Source of the DNA: an uncultured Chloroflexia bacterium
GTDB lineage: Bacteria; Chloroflexota; Limnocylindria; Limnocylindrales; CSP1-4
Direction: 5' to 3'
NCBI GenBank assembly: GCA_963720495.1
Contig: CAVRFU010000014.1
Span: 14,844-78,843, forward strand
Length of the DNA stretch: 64,000 bases
The stretch's first letter is position 1, and each line of letters starts with the position of its first letter. The position numbers were made by a program, and so were the translations under genes. Shown here one piece after another: positions 54,188 through 64,000 of this stretch. Below the pieces are notes generated by a model, which saw nothing but the letters and a program-made list of their open reading frames with translations, ran no database searches and had not been told where the DNA came from.

Positions 54188-56525
54188 ATGTTCAGCCGCT
54201 GGGGAGCGTTCGTCTACCGCTTCCGTCGACCCGTCGCCCTCGTCGCCGTCATCATCGCGATCGCCAGCTCCGTGCTCGCGACGCAGACCTCATCGGCCCT
54301 GTCGGCAGGCGGCTGGCTCGATGCCGATTCCGAATCGGCGGCCGTCGCGGCCCGCCTGGACACCGAGTTCGGCGCCGGCAAGAGCTCGGTCATCGCGCTC
54401 TTCCGGTCAGAGACGCCCGGGGCCGACGCGAAGTCCGACGAGTTCCAGGGGGCGATCAAGACGGCGACCGCCGGGTTGTCGACCGTGCCCGAGGTCACCG
54501 GCATCATCGGCTACGCCGAGACCGGCGATCCGCGCTTCATCAGCACCGCCGGGGACGCCGCGTACATCGTCGTCGAGCTGAACGTCACCGACGAGCAGTC
54601 GGTCGAGGTCGTCGACCCGATCCGCGCGGCGATCGTCCCGCCGGCCGGCTACACGGTCGCGCTGACCGGCTACGGGCCGATCACGAAGGACTCTGCGGAG
54701 CAGTCCGAGAAGGACCTCCAGAAGGCGGAGATCGTCTCGCTGCCGGTCGTCGCGCTGGTGCTGATCCTCGTCTTCGCCTCGATCGTGGCCGCCGGGATGC
54801 CGCTGCTCGTCGCCGGCCTGGCGATCCCGAGCAGCCTGGCCCTCATCTACCTCGTCGCCCAGCAGGTCGAGATGAGCATCTTCGTCCTCAACATCGCGAC
54901 GATGCTCGGGCTGGCCCTTGCCATCGACTACTCGCTCTTCATCGTCAGCCGGTACCGCGAGGAATTGCGGCGCGGCCGGACCGTCGCCGAGGCCGTCGAA
55001 CGAGCGGTGTCCACCGCCGGCAAGGCCATCGCGTTCAGCGGGGTCGCCGTCGCGATCGGCCTGTCCGGCCTGCTGCTGTTCGAGGCACCCGCGATCCGGT
55101 CGATCGGCATCGCCGGCGCGATCGTCGTCCTGTGCTCGGTCGTCTTCGCCCTGACCTTCCTGCCGGCGATCCTCGGGATGCTCGGCCACCGCGTGAACGC
55201 GTTGTCGCTGAGCGGTCTCCGCCACCGATTCCGGCCGGTCGCCGACGGCGTCGAGCCGGCCCGCACCGCCCGCTGGGAGCGCGTCGCGCACGCCGTCATG
55301 CGCCGGCCCGATCGCGGTCCTCGTCCCGACACTGGCCTTCCTGCTCATCGTCGGCAGCCCGTTCCTCCGTCTGGAGCAGGGCGTGCCCGGCGCCGAGATC
55401 TACCCGCCCGGCGTGGAGAGCCGGGACGCATACGTCGCCCTCCAGACCGAGTTCGCTCCGGGCGAGACGACCCCGATCATCGTCCTCGCCGACGTCCAGG
55501 GCTCGCCCACCGACCTCGCCAACATCAAGGCCCTCGACGCCTACGCCGCACAGGTGGACGGGCTCGAGGGGATCGACCGGGTCGAGAGCCCGTTCACCAT
55601 CCACGACCCGACGACCGGCGCCGTGCTGACGCCCGAACAGGTCGCGGCGCTCTACGCCCAGCCCGTCGGCCAGCGCCCGGCCGGTCTCGAGGCCCTCCTC
55701 GCGCAGTACGTCCGCGGCAGCACGGTCCGGCTCGACGCGATCAGCCCGCTCCCGCCCTCGCGTCCGGAGGCGACCGACCTGATCCCGGTCATCCGCGCGA
55801 TCCCGGCCGGCGACGGGATCACGACCCAGGTCGGCGGCAGCGCCGCGACCGGCCACGATTTCCTCGTGTCGCAGGCGGAGCGCGCGCCGTACGCGGTCGG
55901 GCTGACCCTCCTGGCCAGCGGCTTCATCCTGTTCCTGCTGTTCGGGTCTCTCACCATCCCGTTCAAGGCCATCGTCATGACCCTGCTGTCGATCACCGCC
56001 AGCTTCGGCGCGTTGGTCTGGATCTTCCAGGAAGGCAACCTGTCGAACCTGCTCAACTTCGAGCCGCTCGGGTACACCATCGCGGGCAACCCGATCATCA
56101 TGTTCAGCGTGATCTTCGGGCTGTCCATGGACTACGAGGTCCTCCTGCTCTCGAGGATCCAGGAGGCCTACCGACGGACCGGCGACAACACGGCGTCGGT
56201 GGCCGAGGGACTGTCGAAGACCGCCGGGGTGATCACCGGCGCGGCCCTGATCATGGTCTCCGTCTTCGCGGCCTTCGCCCTGGCCGAGGTCATCACGATC
56301 AAGAGCATCGGCGTCGGCATGGCCATCGCCGTGGCGGTCGACGCCACGATCGTCCGGGTCCTGCTCGTGCCGGCCACCATGCGCCTCATGGGCAAGTGGA
56401 ACTGGTGGGCGCCCGGGATCCTCGGGCGGTTCGTCGATCGGCTCGGCTTCAGCCACGTCGAGGACGCCGAGGACGAGGCGAGCACGGGGACACCGGGGGC
56501 CTCACCGCGCCTCGCCGGCTCGTAG
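54188..56525 (+). CDS. MMPL-family transporter; frameshift near 55310
   Basis: GLALAIDYSLFIVSRYREE, FGLSMDYEVLLLSRI, ITGAALIM, DATIVR. Confidence 0.9.
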
Positions 56526-56582
56526 GCTCGCCGGCTCGCGACCGTCGTTCTCGCGTCGGGGGCGGACGCTATCGTTGACGCG

Positions 56583-57569
56583 ATGCGCCTGATCCTCGAC
56601 GCCGAGATCCGCCCCGAGACCGTCGGGCGCATGCAGGCGCTTGCGCCCGGGCTCGAGGTCGTCGACGTCTTCGGGAGGGCGTTCGACGCCGCAACCCTGG
56701 CCGATCCCGAGGTCGAGATCCTTGTCGGCGGACGGGCGCCGGCGGACCTGTCCGGCGTCCCGAAGCTACGCTGGCTGCAGGTCCGCTCGGCCGGCGTCGA
56801 CCATCTGCTGGCCGATCCGCCCTGGCGCAAGGGACTGCTCGTGACGAACTCCCGCGGCGTCTTCGCCGTGCCGATCGGCGAGTACGTCACCGGGATGGTC
56901 CTGCGGATCCACCAGCCGACGACGACGTGGACCGCCGATCAGGCCGCCCACCACTGGCCGACGAGCGAGCCGCCGACCCTCGAGATGGTCCGCGACCGGC
57001 GCGCGGTGATCGCGGGCTACGGCGCGATCGGCCGCGAGGTCGCCCGCCAGCTGTCCGCGCTCGGGATGCGCATCGTCGCGGTCAAGCCACGGCCGGAGAA
57101 CCGCGCCGACACCGGCTACTTCGTGCCGGGCACGGGCGACCCGGACGGCTCGATCCCGGAGCGGATCGTCGGCGACGCGCTGCTGGCGGAGGTCTGTCGT
57201 GACGCCGACGTCCTCATCCTGACCATGCCGCTGACCGATGCGTCGCGCGGGACCATCAGCGCGGCGGTCATCGCGGCGCTGCCGGCGCACGCCTGGCTGA
57301 TCAACGTGGCGCGCGGTCCGCTCGTCGACGAGCCGGCCCTGCTCGAGGCGCTGCGCGGCGGCCGGCTCGCAGGCGCGGTCCTGGACGTCTTCGCCGAGGA
57401 GCCGTTGCCGGTCGACAGCCCGTGGTGGGACCAGCCCAACGTCATCGTCACGCCGCACGTCTCGGGCACGTCGGCGCGGTACTTCGACGACCTGCTCGTC
57501 GAGAACCTCCGCCGCTACCTGGCCGGCGGATCGTTGCTCAACCAGATCGACCCCGAGCGCGGATACTAG
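56583..57569 (+). CDS. D-2-hydroxyacid dehydrogenase
   Basis: SAGVD, GYGAIG, INVARG, LDVFAEEPL, TPHVSG. Confidence 0.9.
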   Translation: MRLILDAEIRPETVGRMQALAPGLEVVDVFGRAFDAATLADPEVEILVGGRAPADLSGVPKLRWLQVRSAGVDHLLADPPWRKGLLVTNSRGVFAVPIGEYVTGMVLRIHQPTTTWTADQAAHHWPTSEPPTLEMVRDRRAVIAGYGAIGREVARQLSALGMRIVAVKPRPENRADTGYFVPGTGDPDGSIPERIVGDALLAEVCRDADVLILTMPLTDASRGTISAAVIAALPAHAWLINVARGPLVDEPALLEALRGGRLAGAVLDVFAEEPLPVDSPWWDQPNVIVTPHVSGTSARYFDDLLVENLRRYLAGGSLLNQIDPERGY

Positions 57570-57586
57570 GTCCGGGAGGCCCATCC

Positions 57587-58162
57587 ATGGACGACAAGCA
57601 GGAACCGGTGACGCGCCTCGGGCCGGACAGCGGGGGGCGCATGCCCGGCGAACCGTCCGTCCGCGTCTACCACTGGGAATGGGGTCCGGACGACACCCGC
57701 CGGCCCGGTCTGCCCTGGATCGGCATCTTCCTGCTGGTGTTCGGGGGGCTGCTCCTGATCCAGCAGCTGGTGCCGCAGGCGGCCCCGGCAAGCTCGCTGA
57801 TCGTGCTGGCGATCGGCCTGGCATTCCTGATCAAGTGGGCGATCGACCGCGGCACGGGCTCGCTCTACGCCGGCGCGATCATCACCGCGCTCGCGGTGCC
57901 CGGTCTCCTCAACGCGGCCGGCATCGACAACGACGGCCTCAGCACGTTCAGCTTCGGGGTCGCGTTCCTGTTCATCGCCCTGGTCCGTGTCGTCAGCGGC
58001 GGCGGCTGGGGCTGGCAGCTGTGGTTCGGCGGCCTCCTGGCGCTCGTCGGGGCGGCCAACATCGCCGGCGCGTCGTTCGCGGGACTGCTCCTGCCGATCA
58101 TCCTGCTGGCGCTCGGGGCGTTCCTGCTGATCGGCGCGAACCGCGGCTCGCGCTCGCCGTAG
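57587..58162 (+). CDS. Hypothetical multi-TM membrane protein
   Basis: GGAGG RBS; about 6 hydrophobic helices. Confidence 0.72.
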   Translation: MDDKQEPVTRLGPDSGGRMPGEPSVRVYHWEWGPDDTRRPGLPWIGIFLLVFGGLLLIQQLVPQAAPASSLIVLAIGLAFLIKWAIDRGTGSLYAGAIITALAVPGLLNAAGIDNDGLSTFSFGVAFLFIALVRVVSGGGWGWQLWFGGLLALVGAANIAGASFAGLLLPIILLALGAFLLIGANRGSRSP

Positions 58163-58165
58163 CCT

Positions 58166-59528
58166 CTAGCCCGCGACGGCTTCGCCGGCCGGCGCCGGGG
58201 ACGCGGCCACGGCCTCGATCGTGTCGGCCAGCACGGCCGCGATCCGGTCCAGCTCCGCGTCGGTCACGATGAACGGCGGCCCGAGGAGGATCGTGTCGCC
58301 GTCGACGCCGTTGGCGTTGCCGGTCCCGGAGTAGAGCAGCACGCCCCGCTCACGGGCGCCCCGGACGACGGCCTCGGCGATCCGGTCGCCACGCGGGAAC
58401 GGCGCGCGGGTCTCGCGATCGGCCACCAGCTCGATGCCGACCAGCAGGCCGCGACCGCGGATCTCCCCGACGGCCGGGTGGCCCCCGATCGCCTCCTCCA
58501 GCAGGCCGAGCAATCGATGCACCCTTGGCGGCGCTCGCCGCGATGAGGTCCTCCGTCTCGAGGATGCGCAGCACCTCGCGGGCGACCGCTGCGCCGATCG
58601 GGGCATGCGAGTACGTGAAGCCGTGGACGAAACCGGCGCCGCCGCCCGTCACCGCCTCGTAGACCTCCTCCGAGGCCGCCACGAACCCGAACGGCCAGTA
58701 GCCCGACGACGCGCCCTTGGCCGCGACGAGGATGTCCGCGCGGACGCCGAAGTGGTCCAGCGCGAACCACCGGCCGGTCCGCCCGAACCCGGTCATGACC
58801 TCGTCGGCGATGAGCAGCACGCCGTGACGCCGGCAGACCTCCGCGATCGCCGGCCAGTAGCCCTCGGGCGGGACCGCGGCGGCCAGCGTGGCCCCGACGA
58901 TCGGTTCCGCCACGAACGCGGCGACCGTCCCGGGACCGGCGGCGGCGAACGCGCGATCGAGCTCGGCGGCCAGCTCATCGGCCGTGCCCAGGGCGTTCGC
59001 GCCGGGGAAGTCCGCCCGGTACGGATAGGCCGCCGACACGTGCCGGAAACGCCCGAGCCAGCCCTCGTACGGCCGGCGGAGCGGCTTGCGCCCGGACAGG
59101 TCGAGCGCGCCCAGCGTGTTGCCGTGGTAGCTCCCCCACCGGGCGAAGACGATCAGGCGATCCGCCTCCCCGCGCGCGAGGTGGTACGCCCGGGCGAGCT
59201 TGAGCGCGGTCTCGATCGCCTCCGAACCGCCGGACACCGGGTAGATCGCGGGACCGTCGACCGGCAGGTACCGGGCGACCTCCCGCGCATACGCCTCGAG
59301 CGGCTCGGTCGTGAAGGCGCTGCCGTGGGCGTAGGCCAGGCGACCGGCCTGGGCCGCCATCGCGGCGGCGATCTCGGGACGGCCGTGGCCCACGTTGACG
59401 ACGATGGCCCCGCCGGCCGCGTCGAGGTACTCCTTGCCTTCGGCGTCCCGGATCGTCGACCCGGAGGCCTCGACGGCGACGGGCGGTTCGGCGGCGCTCG
59501 AGCGGCGAAAGACGCGACCGGTGTTCAC
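58166..59528 (-). CDS. Class-III PLP aminotransferase; one frameshift
   Basis: YLDAAGG, SGGSEA, SYHG, AEPI, ADEVMTGFGRTG, AAKG, HGFTY, RGRGLL. Confidence 0.9.
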
Positions 59529-59580
59529 GGCCGCATCGTAGCCGACGCGACCGCCGAGCCGGCACGACGGGCCCCGGGAC

Positions 59581-60330
59581 TCAGATCGTCCGGTTGGCGA
59601 TCGCCAGCTCGCGTGCGGTCCAGGAACGGAGCGCGCCGAGCCGTCGGGCATCGAGCCGCTCGCACGCCCAATCCCAGTGGATCGCGATGTCGTCGCCCGG
59701 GATCGGCGCGTCGATGAAGCCGAGACCGTCGGACCAGCAGCGGATCGTCTCGACCCGCGCCGGACCCAGTCGCAGCTTGCCCCCGGCCCACTCGAGCGGC
59801 ACCGCATCGACCAGCAGGTCCGCCCCGATCCGGTCCCGGACGACCCCCCACCGGATCCGGCAGCGGTCGATGACACCGAGCACGTCGTCCGACGGACCGC
59901 CACGCAACAGACCGACCACCGGGAAGACGTCGAGGACGTGGAAGGCGTGGACCGGGTGAGCGCCGTCGGGGGCCTTGGTCGCGAGCCAGCGCCAGGCCGA
60001 CGCGCGGGCGCGCGGGCGGAAGCGCAGCTCGTTCGAGCGGGCGAAGGCGCCCGGCGGGACCGCCTCGAGCAGCTCGCTGCCGAGCCAGTACGCCTCCACG
60101 ACACGGTCGTCGAGCGGGTCGGCGATCCCGTTGGAGCGCGCGATCAGCTCGAGGTAGGGCCACGCTCCCTCGAAACCCTGGGCCAGCTCCCGGATCCGGC
60201 GCAGGTCGCCGCCGGCCGCGGCTTCGCCGAGCAGCTCGTCGGCGGCATCGGGACCGCAGTAGCCGAGCCGGTTCGGACCGTACGCGTAGCGGGCGAAGCG
60301 GATCGGGCCGGGGACGTCGGTCGCGATCAT
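59581..60330 (-). CDS. DUF6390-like protein
   Basis: FARYAYGPNRLGYCGP, FEGAWPYLELIA, VVEAYWLG, HAFHV, CRIRWG, IHWDWAC. Confidence 0.8.
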   Translation of the reverse strand: MIATDVPGPIRFARYAYGPNRLGYCGPDAADELLGEAAAGGDLRRIRELAQGFEGAWPYLELIARSNGIADPLDDRVVEAYWLGSELLEAVPPGAFARSNELRFRPRARASAWRWLATKAPDGAHPVHAFHVLDVFPVVGLLRGGPSDDVLGVIDRCRIRWGVVRDRIGADLLVDAVPLEWAGGKLRLGPARVETIRCWSDGLGFIDAPIPGDDIAIHWDWACERLDARRLGALRSWTARELAIANRTI

Positions 60331-61287
60331 CGGATCACGCGGCGACGACCCGCATCGCGCCGCGACCGCATCGCGACGATAACGACGATGACGACGGCGA
60401 CGGCCATGATGCGCCTGCCCCAGCACCACGCTCGGTGCCGGCAGCGTGCCGTTGACGGCGGCGGCCAGCGCGGCCGTGATCGGGGCGCCGATGACGAGGA
60501 CGCTCGCAACGATCGAGGCGTCTGCCCGGCGCAGGGCGGCCAGCCAGGTCCCCGTGTAGACGGCGAGCAGTGCGCCCGTCCCCAGGCCCCATGCCCATTG
60601 CGTCGCGGTCAACCCGACCAGGGTCGGCAGGCGGCCGCTGACCGCGAGGTAGCCGACGAGGACGACCAGACCGATCCCGAGCCGGGCCGCGCCAACGACC
60701 GGCGAAGGCACATCCGCGACGAGCAGTCGCCGGGCGAGGATCACCTCGACGGCCCACAGCAGCGTCGCGGCCAGGATCATCGTCTCGCCGGTCCCCCAGA
60801 CGACGCCGGTCGGCGGCGCCGCCAGGACCTGGCCGGCCAGCAGGATGCCGAGGGCGGCGATCGGGAACCAGCCCAGTCGCTCGCCGAGGAACGGCACGGC
60901 CAGGACGGCCACCCACACGAAGAGCGTCTTGTGGATGAACGCCGCGGTCGGCGCGCTCGCGATGGCCAGGCCGCTGAAGAACAGGATGAAGGGGACGCTG
61001 CCGCCGATGACCCCGATGGCCGTCATCCCGGCCCACGCCCGACGATCGAGAGCGCGGATCTCGGACCGCCGGACGACGAGGAGCGCGGCACCGATGAGCA
61101 GGATGGCGGCGACACCGTTCTTGAGCGTCGTGTACACCGCGGCGTCGGGCACCTGCTTGACGGCATACCCGTTGACGAAGACGGAGATCCCGCTGACGAG
61201 CGCCACGCCGAACGCCAGGGCGATGCCCCAGCCGGTCGTGACGGGGATGCGCGGCCGGACGGTCGCGGGCTCACGCTCGATGGTCAT
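60327..61287 (-). CDS. EamA/DMT-family transporter; indel near 60415
   Basis: 10-TM two-repeat pattern; AGGAGG RBS; restored frame ends with an ATGA overlap into the next gene. Confidence 0.82.
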
Positions 61288-61507
61288 CGGGGTCCTCCTG
61301 GCGCGCGGCATCGATGGCGGTGCGGATGGCGGCCGCCTCGTCCGCGGCGACGCGGTCGATGACGGTCCCGGCGGAGACGTACACCCACTCCCCGACCGCG
61401 AGGTCGGGGAGCAGCAGCGTGTTCGCGCGCCGGCGACGCCCGTCGGACTCGACGGTGGCGCCGTCCGGGTCGATCGCGACGACGAGGCCCGGGGCACCGA
61501 GGCACAT
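61271..61507 (-). CDS. hypC: HypC/HybG/HupF-family chaperone with the conserved His missing
   Basis: MCLGAPGLVV N-terminus; VGEWVYVSAG; DEAAA helix. Confidence 0.8.
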   Translation of the reverse strand: MCLGAPGLVVAIDPDGATVESDGRRRRANTLLLPDLAVGEWVYVSAGTVIDRVAADEAAAIRTAIDAARQEDPDDHRA

Positions 61508-61510
61508 GGC

Positions 61511-63187
61511 TCAGGCACCCACCGCCACGCCGGCGAGCTCCTGGAGGGTCCGCCAGCCGGCCAGCCGATCGGCGGCGGTGGCGACGATCTCGTCGGTCGG
61601 TGTCCCGTCGGGACCGAAGTGCGGGGCGAACCGTCCCTCGGTACGCGCGAATGTCAGGAAGTCGACCGGGCTGCCGTCCGGGGCCGTCGCCCAGTCGCCC
61701 TTGAGCGCCGGGTTGCCCTGGAGGGACAGGCGCTCGGCGATGGTCGCACCACGTCGTGGGTCGTAGGTGAAGAGCGGGAAGGCGCGGGACTCGACCGCGA
61801 GCCTGGACTGCCGCGCTGAGGCGTCGTCGGCGATGCCGTGCTCCGGCTGGCATGGGGTATAGGCGATGACCACGGCGGGGCCGGGGTAGGCGTTCGCCTC
61901 CATGATCGTCCGCAGGAAATGGTTGATGTGCGCCGGCGTGGTCTGCGCGACGTACGCCTCGCCGTGGGCGATAAGGATCCGGCCGAGCTCCTTGCGGGGC
62001 TCGTTCCGACCGTGGATCGCCTTCCCGAACGCGGACAGCTTCGTCACCTGGCCGCCGAATGACGCCGTCGAGGCCTGGCCGCCGGTGTTCGAGTAGACCT
62101 GCGTGTCGAGGACGAGCACCTTGATGTCGGCGCCGGAGGCGACCATCCGCGACAGCGCGCCGAACCCGATGTCGAACATCGCCCCGTCGCCGCCGATCAC
62201 CCACAGGCGTCGCTCCGGATGGCCCGCCTGGTCCCAGCGGGCGCGGATGCCCATCGCGACCGTCGGCGCATTCTCGAACAGCGAGTTCGTCCACGGAACG
62301 AGGTACGGGTTGAACGGATAGGTGCTGCCGTAGACCGTGTTGCAGCCGGTGGCCGCGACGATCCCCATGGACTCCGGGCCGTGCACCTGGCGGGTGGCCG
62401 CGACCATCTGGCGGATCGCGGTCGCCTCGCCGCAGCCGGCGCACGAGCCGGCCCCGCCGACGTATCCGATCGCGTTCTCGCCGAGAAGGAGATCGGCCAG
62501 AGCCTTCTCGTTGCGGTAGACGTCGGGGGTCGGCGGCAGCGAGCGGAAGAACCGCATGTCGCGTGCGTAGCGCTCGACGGTCCCCTCTCCGCTCGGCTCC
62601 TCGGCGACCTTGTCGATCATCACCAGGGCGTCATGACCCAGCGCCGCGCAGACCTCGACGCACTCGGCGCAGCCCTTGCAGTGGACCGGGTCCACGAAGA
62701 TCCCGAACGAGCCGCGTTCGTGGCCCTTGCGCGCCGGCACGTCGCCGTACTTGGTCGTCGGGGCGAAGTGCGTCTGTCCCGTCGCCGTCGCGACGGCTGG
62801 GTCCGGCTGTCCGGCGGCGAACGTGGCGAGCAGCGGACGAACCTCCGTTTCCGGCACGACCCGGGCGAGGATGGCCGTGTCGGGGCAGGCCGCGACGCAG
62901 GCCATGCAGCCGACGCACTTGTCGAGCAGGAACTCGGGGATGCGCGGCGCGAGCCGGCTGAAATCGCGTGTCGCGGCGGTCCCGGGCGGGATGATCGAGC
63001 GGGCCAGACCGGCATCGGCCGGGAGCTCCATGTCGGCCACGCCACGCCGATAGGCGGGCACGACGGACCGACCGAAGTCCTCGACGTAGGCGTGCATGTC
63101 GAGGACCGGCAGGGCGGCCCCCAGGCGGGTCTCGTGCAGCTCCTTCGGCTCGCCGGCGACCTTGAGGAGCGGTTCGCTATCGGACAT
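61511..63187 (-). CDS. Pyruvate:ferredoxin oxidoreductase C-terminal subunit (2x[4Fe-4S] + TPP domain)
   Basis: CVGCMACVAACP, CKGCAECVEVC, SCAGCGE, ATGC, GGDG...YSNTGGQAS, YTPC. Confidence 0.9.
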   Translation of the reverse strand: MSDSEPLLKVAGEPKELHETRLGAALPVLDMHAYVEDFGRSVVPAYRRGVADMELPADAGLARSIIPPGTAATRDFSRLAPRIPEFLLDKCVGCMACVAACPDTAILARVVPETEVRPLLATFAAGQPDPAVATATGQTHFAPTTKYGDVPARKGHERGSFGIFVDPVHCKGCAECVEVCAALGHDALVMIDKVAEEPSGEGTVERYARDMRFFRSLPPTPDVYRNEKALADLLLGENAIGYVGGAGSCAGCGEATAIRQMVAATRQVHGPESMGIVAATGCNTVYGSTYPFNPYLVPWTNSLFENAPTVAMGIRARWDQAGHPERRLWVIGGDGAMFDIGFGALSRMVASGADIKVLVLDTQVYSNTGGQASTASFGGQVTKLSAFGKAIHGRNEPRKELGRILIAHGEAYVAQTTPAHINHFLRTIMEANAYPGPAVVIAYTPCQPEHGIADDASARQSRLAVESRAFPLFTYDPRRGATIAERLSLQGNPALKGDWATAPDGSPVDFLTFARTEGRFAPHFGPDGTPTDEIVATAADRLAGWRTLQELAGVAVGA

Positions 63188-63626
63188 GGTCGTCTCCCTG
63201 GCGCGCGTCGCGCGCGAGGCGGGCCATGTCGTGCACGAGGTCGGTCGTCGACAGGATCCCGATCGGGATCGTCTCGTCATCGTCGGCGACGACGACCAGG
63301 CGGTGGATGTGATCGCGCTCCATCCTCGCGGCCGCGACCGACAGGGGCGTCGAGCGCGTGACCGTGATCGGCGGGGCGGTCATCAGGTGTCGGACCGCGA
63401 GGCCGGGCCAGTTGACCCAGAGGTACTCGGTCGACCGCGCCCGGACGAGGTCGGTCTGGCTGACGACGCCGACGAGCGTGCCGGCGGAGTCGACGACGGG
63501 CAGGCCGCTGACGCGGTGGTGGTCCATGAGCTCGGCCGCCTGCTCCAGCGGCGCATCGGCACGCACGACGATGAGGTCGAGCGCCATGACATCGGCGACG
63601 GTCGTCGCCCGGGCGGCGGTGGTCAT
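63177..63626 (-). CDS. Stand-alone CBS-pair protein
   Basis: VSGLPVVD...GVVSQTD and IHRLVV...GILSTTD; overlaps both neighbours. Confidence 0.88.
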   Translation of the reverse strand: MTTAARATTVADVMALDLIVVRADAPLEQAAELMDHHRVSGLPVVDSAGTLVGVVSQTDLVRARSTEYLWVNWPGLAVRHLMTAPPITVTRSTPLSVAAARMERDHIHRLVVVADDDETIPIGILSTTDLVHDMARLARDARQGDDHVR

Positions 63627-64000
63627 CGAACGGCTCCTTCCGGTTCACGGGCTTCGGGAGCGGACACCGGATCGACGCCGGTCGGCAGGTCGAGTGCCGC
63701 GGAGACATCGACCAGGCCGTCATAGGCGGCTTCGATGACCGCGAGGTTGGCCTCCACGACCGCCCCGCCACGCTTGCCGAAGAAGCGCCCCAGGCGATCC
63801 CGGACGGCATGCATGAGGGCGTCGCGATCCATGCCCGCCCGCGCCGCGAACGGCGAGACCTTCAGGAAGACCCCGACCAGGGCCACGCCCTGCATCCGGA
63901 TCAGGAGGTCGGGGGTGGGCGCGTAGGCGGCCGCGAGGCTGACCGTGTCGAGTGCGGTCACCCGGATGCGGCGGGCGACGAGCTCCGCCCGGACGGGCGC
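63623..64000 (-). CDS. 3' end of the PFOR alpha/gamma subunit; runs off the window
   Basis: RMQGVALVGVF...FFGKRG...VVEANL, typical of POR gamma-domain ends; adjacent to the beta subunit. Confidence 0.72.
   Translation of the reverse strand, partial: APVRAELVARRIRVTALDTVSLAAAYAPTPDLLIRMQGVALVGVFLKVSPFAARAGMDRDALMHAVRDRLGRFFGKRGGAVVEANLAVIEAAYDGLVDVSAALDLPTGVDPVSAPEAREPEGAVR

Noticed and set aside
59581-61518. 645-aa ORF suggesting an EamA-DUF6390 fusion
   Set aside because: An indel near 60415 explains it: the last EamA helix continues in another frame to a stop at 60327 that overlaps the DUF6390 ATG, and the ORF's N-terminus is out-of-frame hypC.

Overview
Very GC-rich bacterial chromosomal segment with about 60 genes. 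The gene repertoire and the many leaderless genes suggest an uncultured Chloroflexota or Actinomycetota-like organism (inference). Many genes carry single-base frameshifts scattered in a way typical of unpolished long-read consensus, so several supplied ORFs are chimeric; I joined them by reading across frames. In order: a reductive pyrimidine-catabolism cluster (nitrilase/ureidopropionase, F420-type LLM oxidoreductase, hydA, mmsA) with mmuM; a degenerate Lgt paralog and a SARP regulator; an orphan 3' gene fragment; mdh and pckA; a ~500-nt densely structured region before an Arg-rich small protein; a SAM-I riboswitch leading a ThrC-like enzyme plus a MoaD/ThiS sulfur carrier, facing cbs-GNAT-metB; plsC-like and lgt; an ECF sigma with a ZAS anti-sigma; ferritin-VIT1, ornithine cyclodeaminase and penicillin acylase; sufB-sufD-Rieske with an Rrf2-like operator; a CFA-like methyltransferase; a membrane block (DUF1269, holin-phosphodiesterase fusion, two double-length AI-2E permeases, SHOCT proteins, PLD, DUF6325); MarR-RND; ycaQ, CAP protein, osmC; TetR-PTE divergent from MMPL; and the end of an operon running split PFOR - CBS - PFOR beta/ferredoxin - atypical HypC - EamA - DUF6390-like. 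I found no rRNA, tRNA, CRISPR array or transposase.
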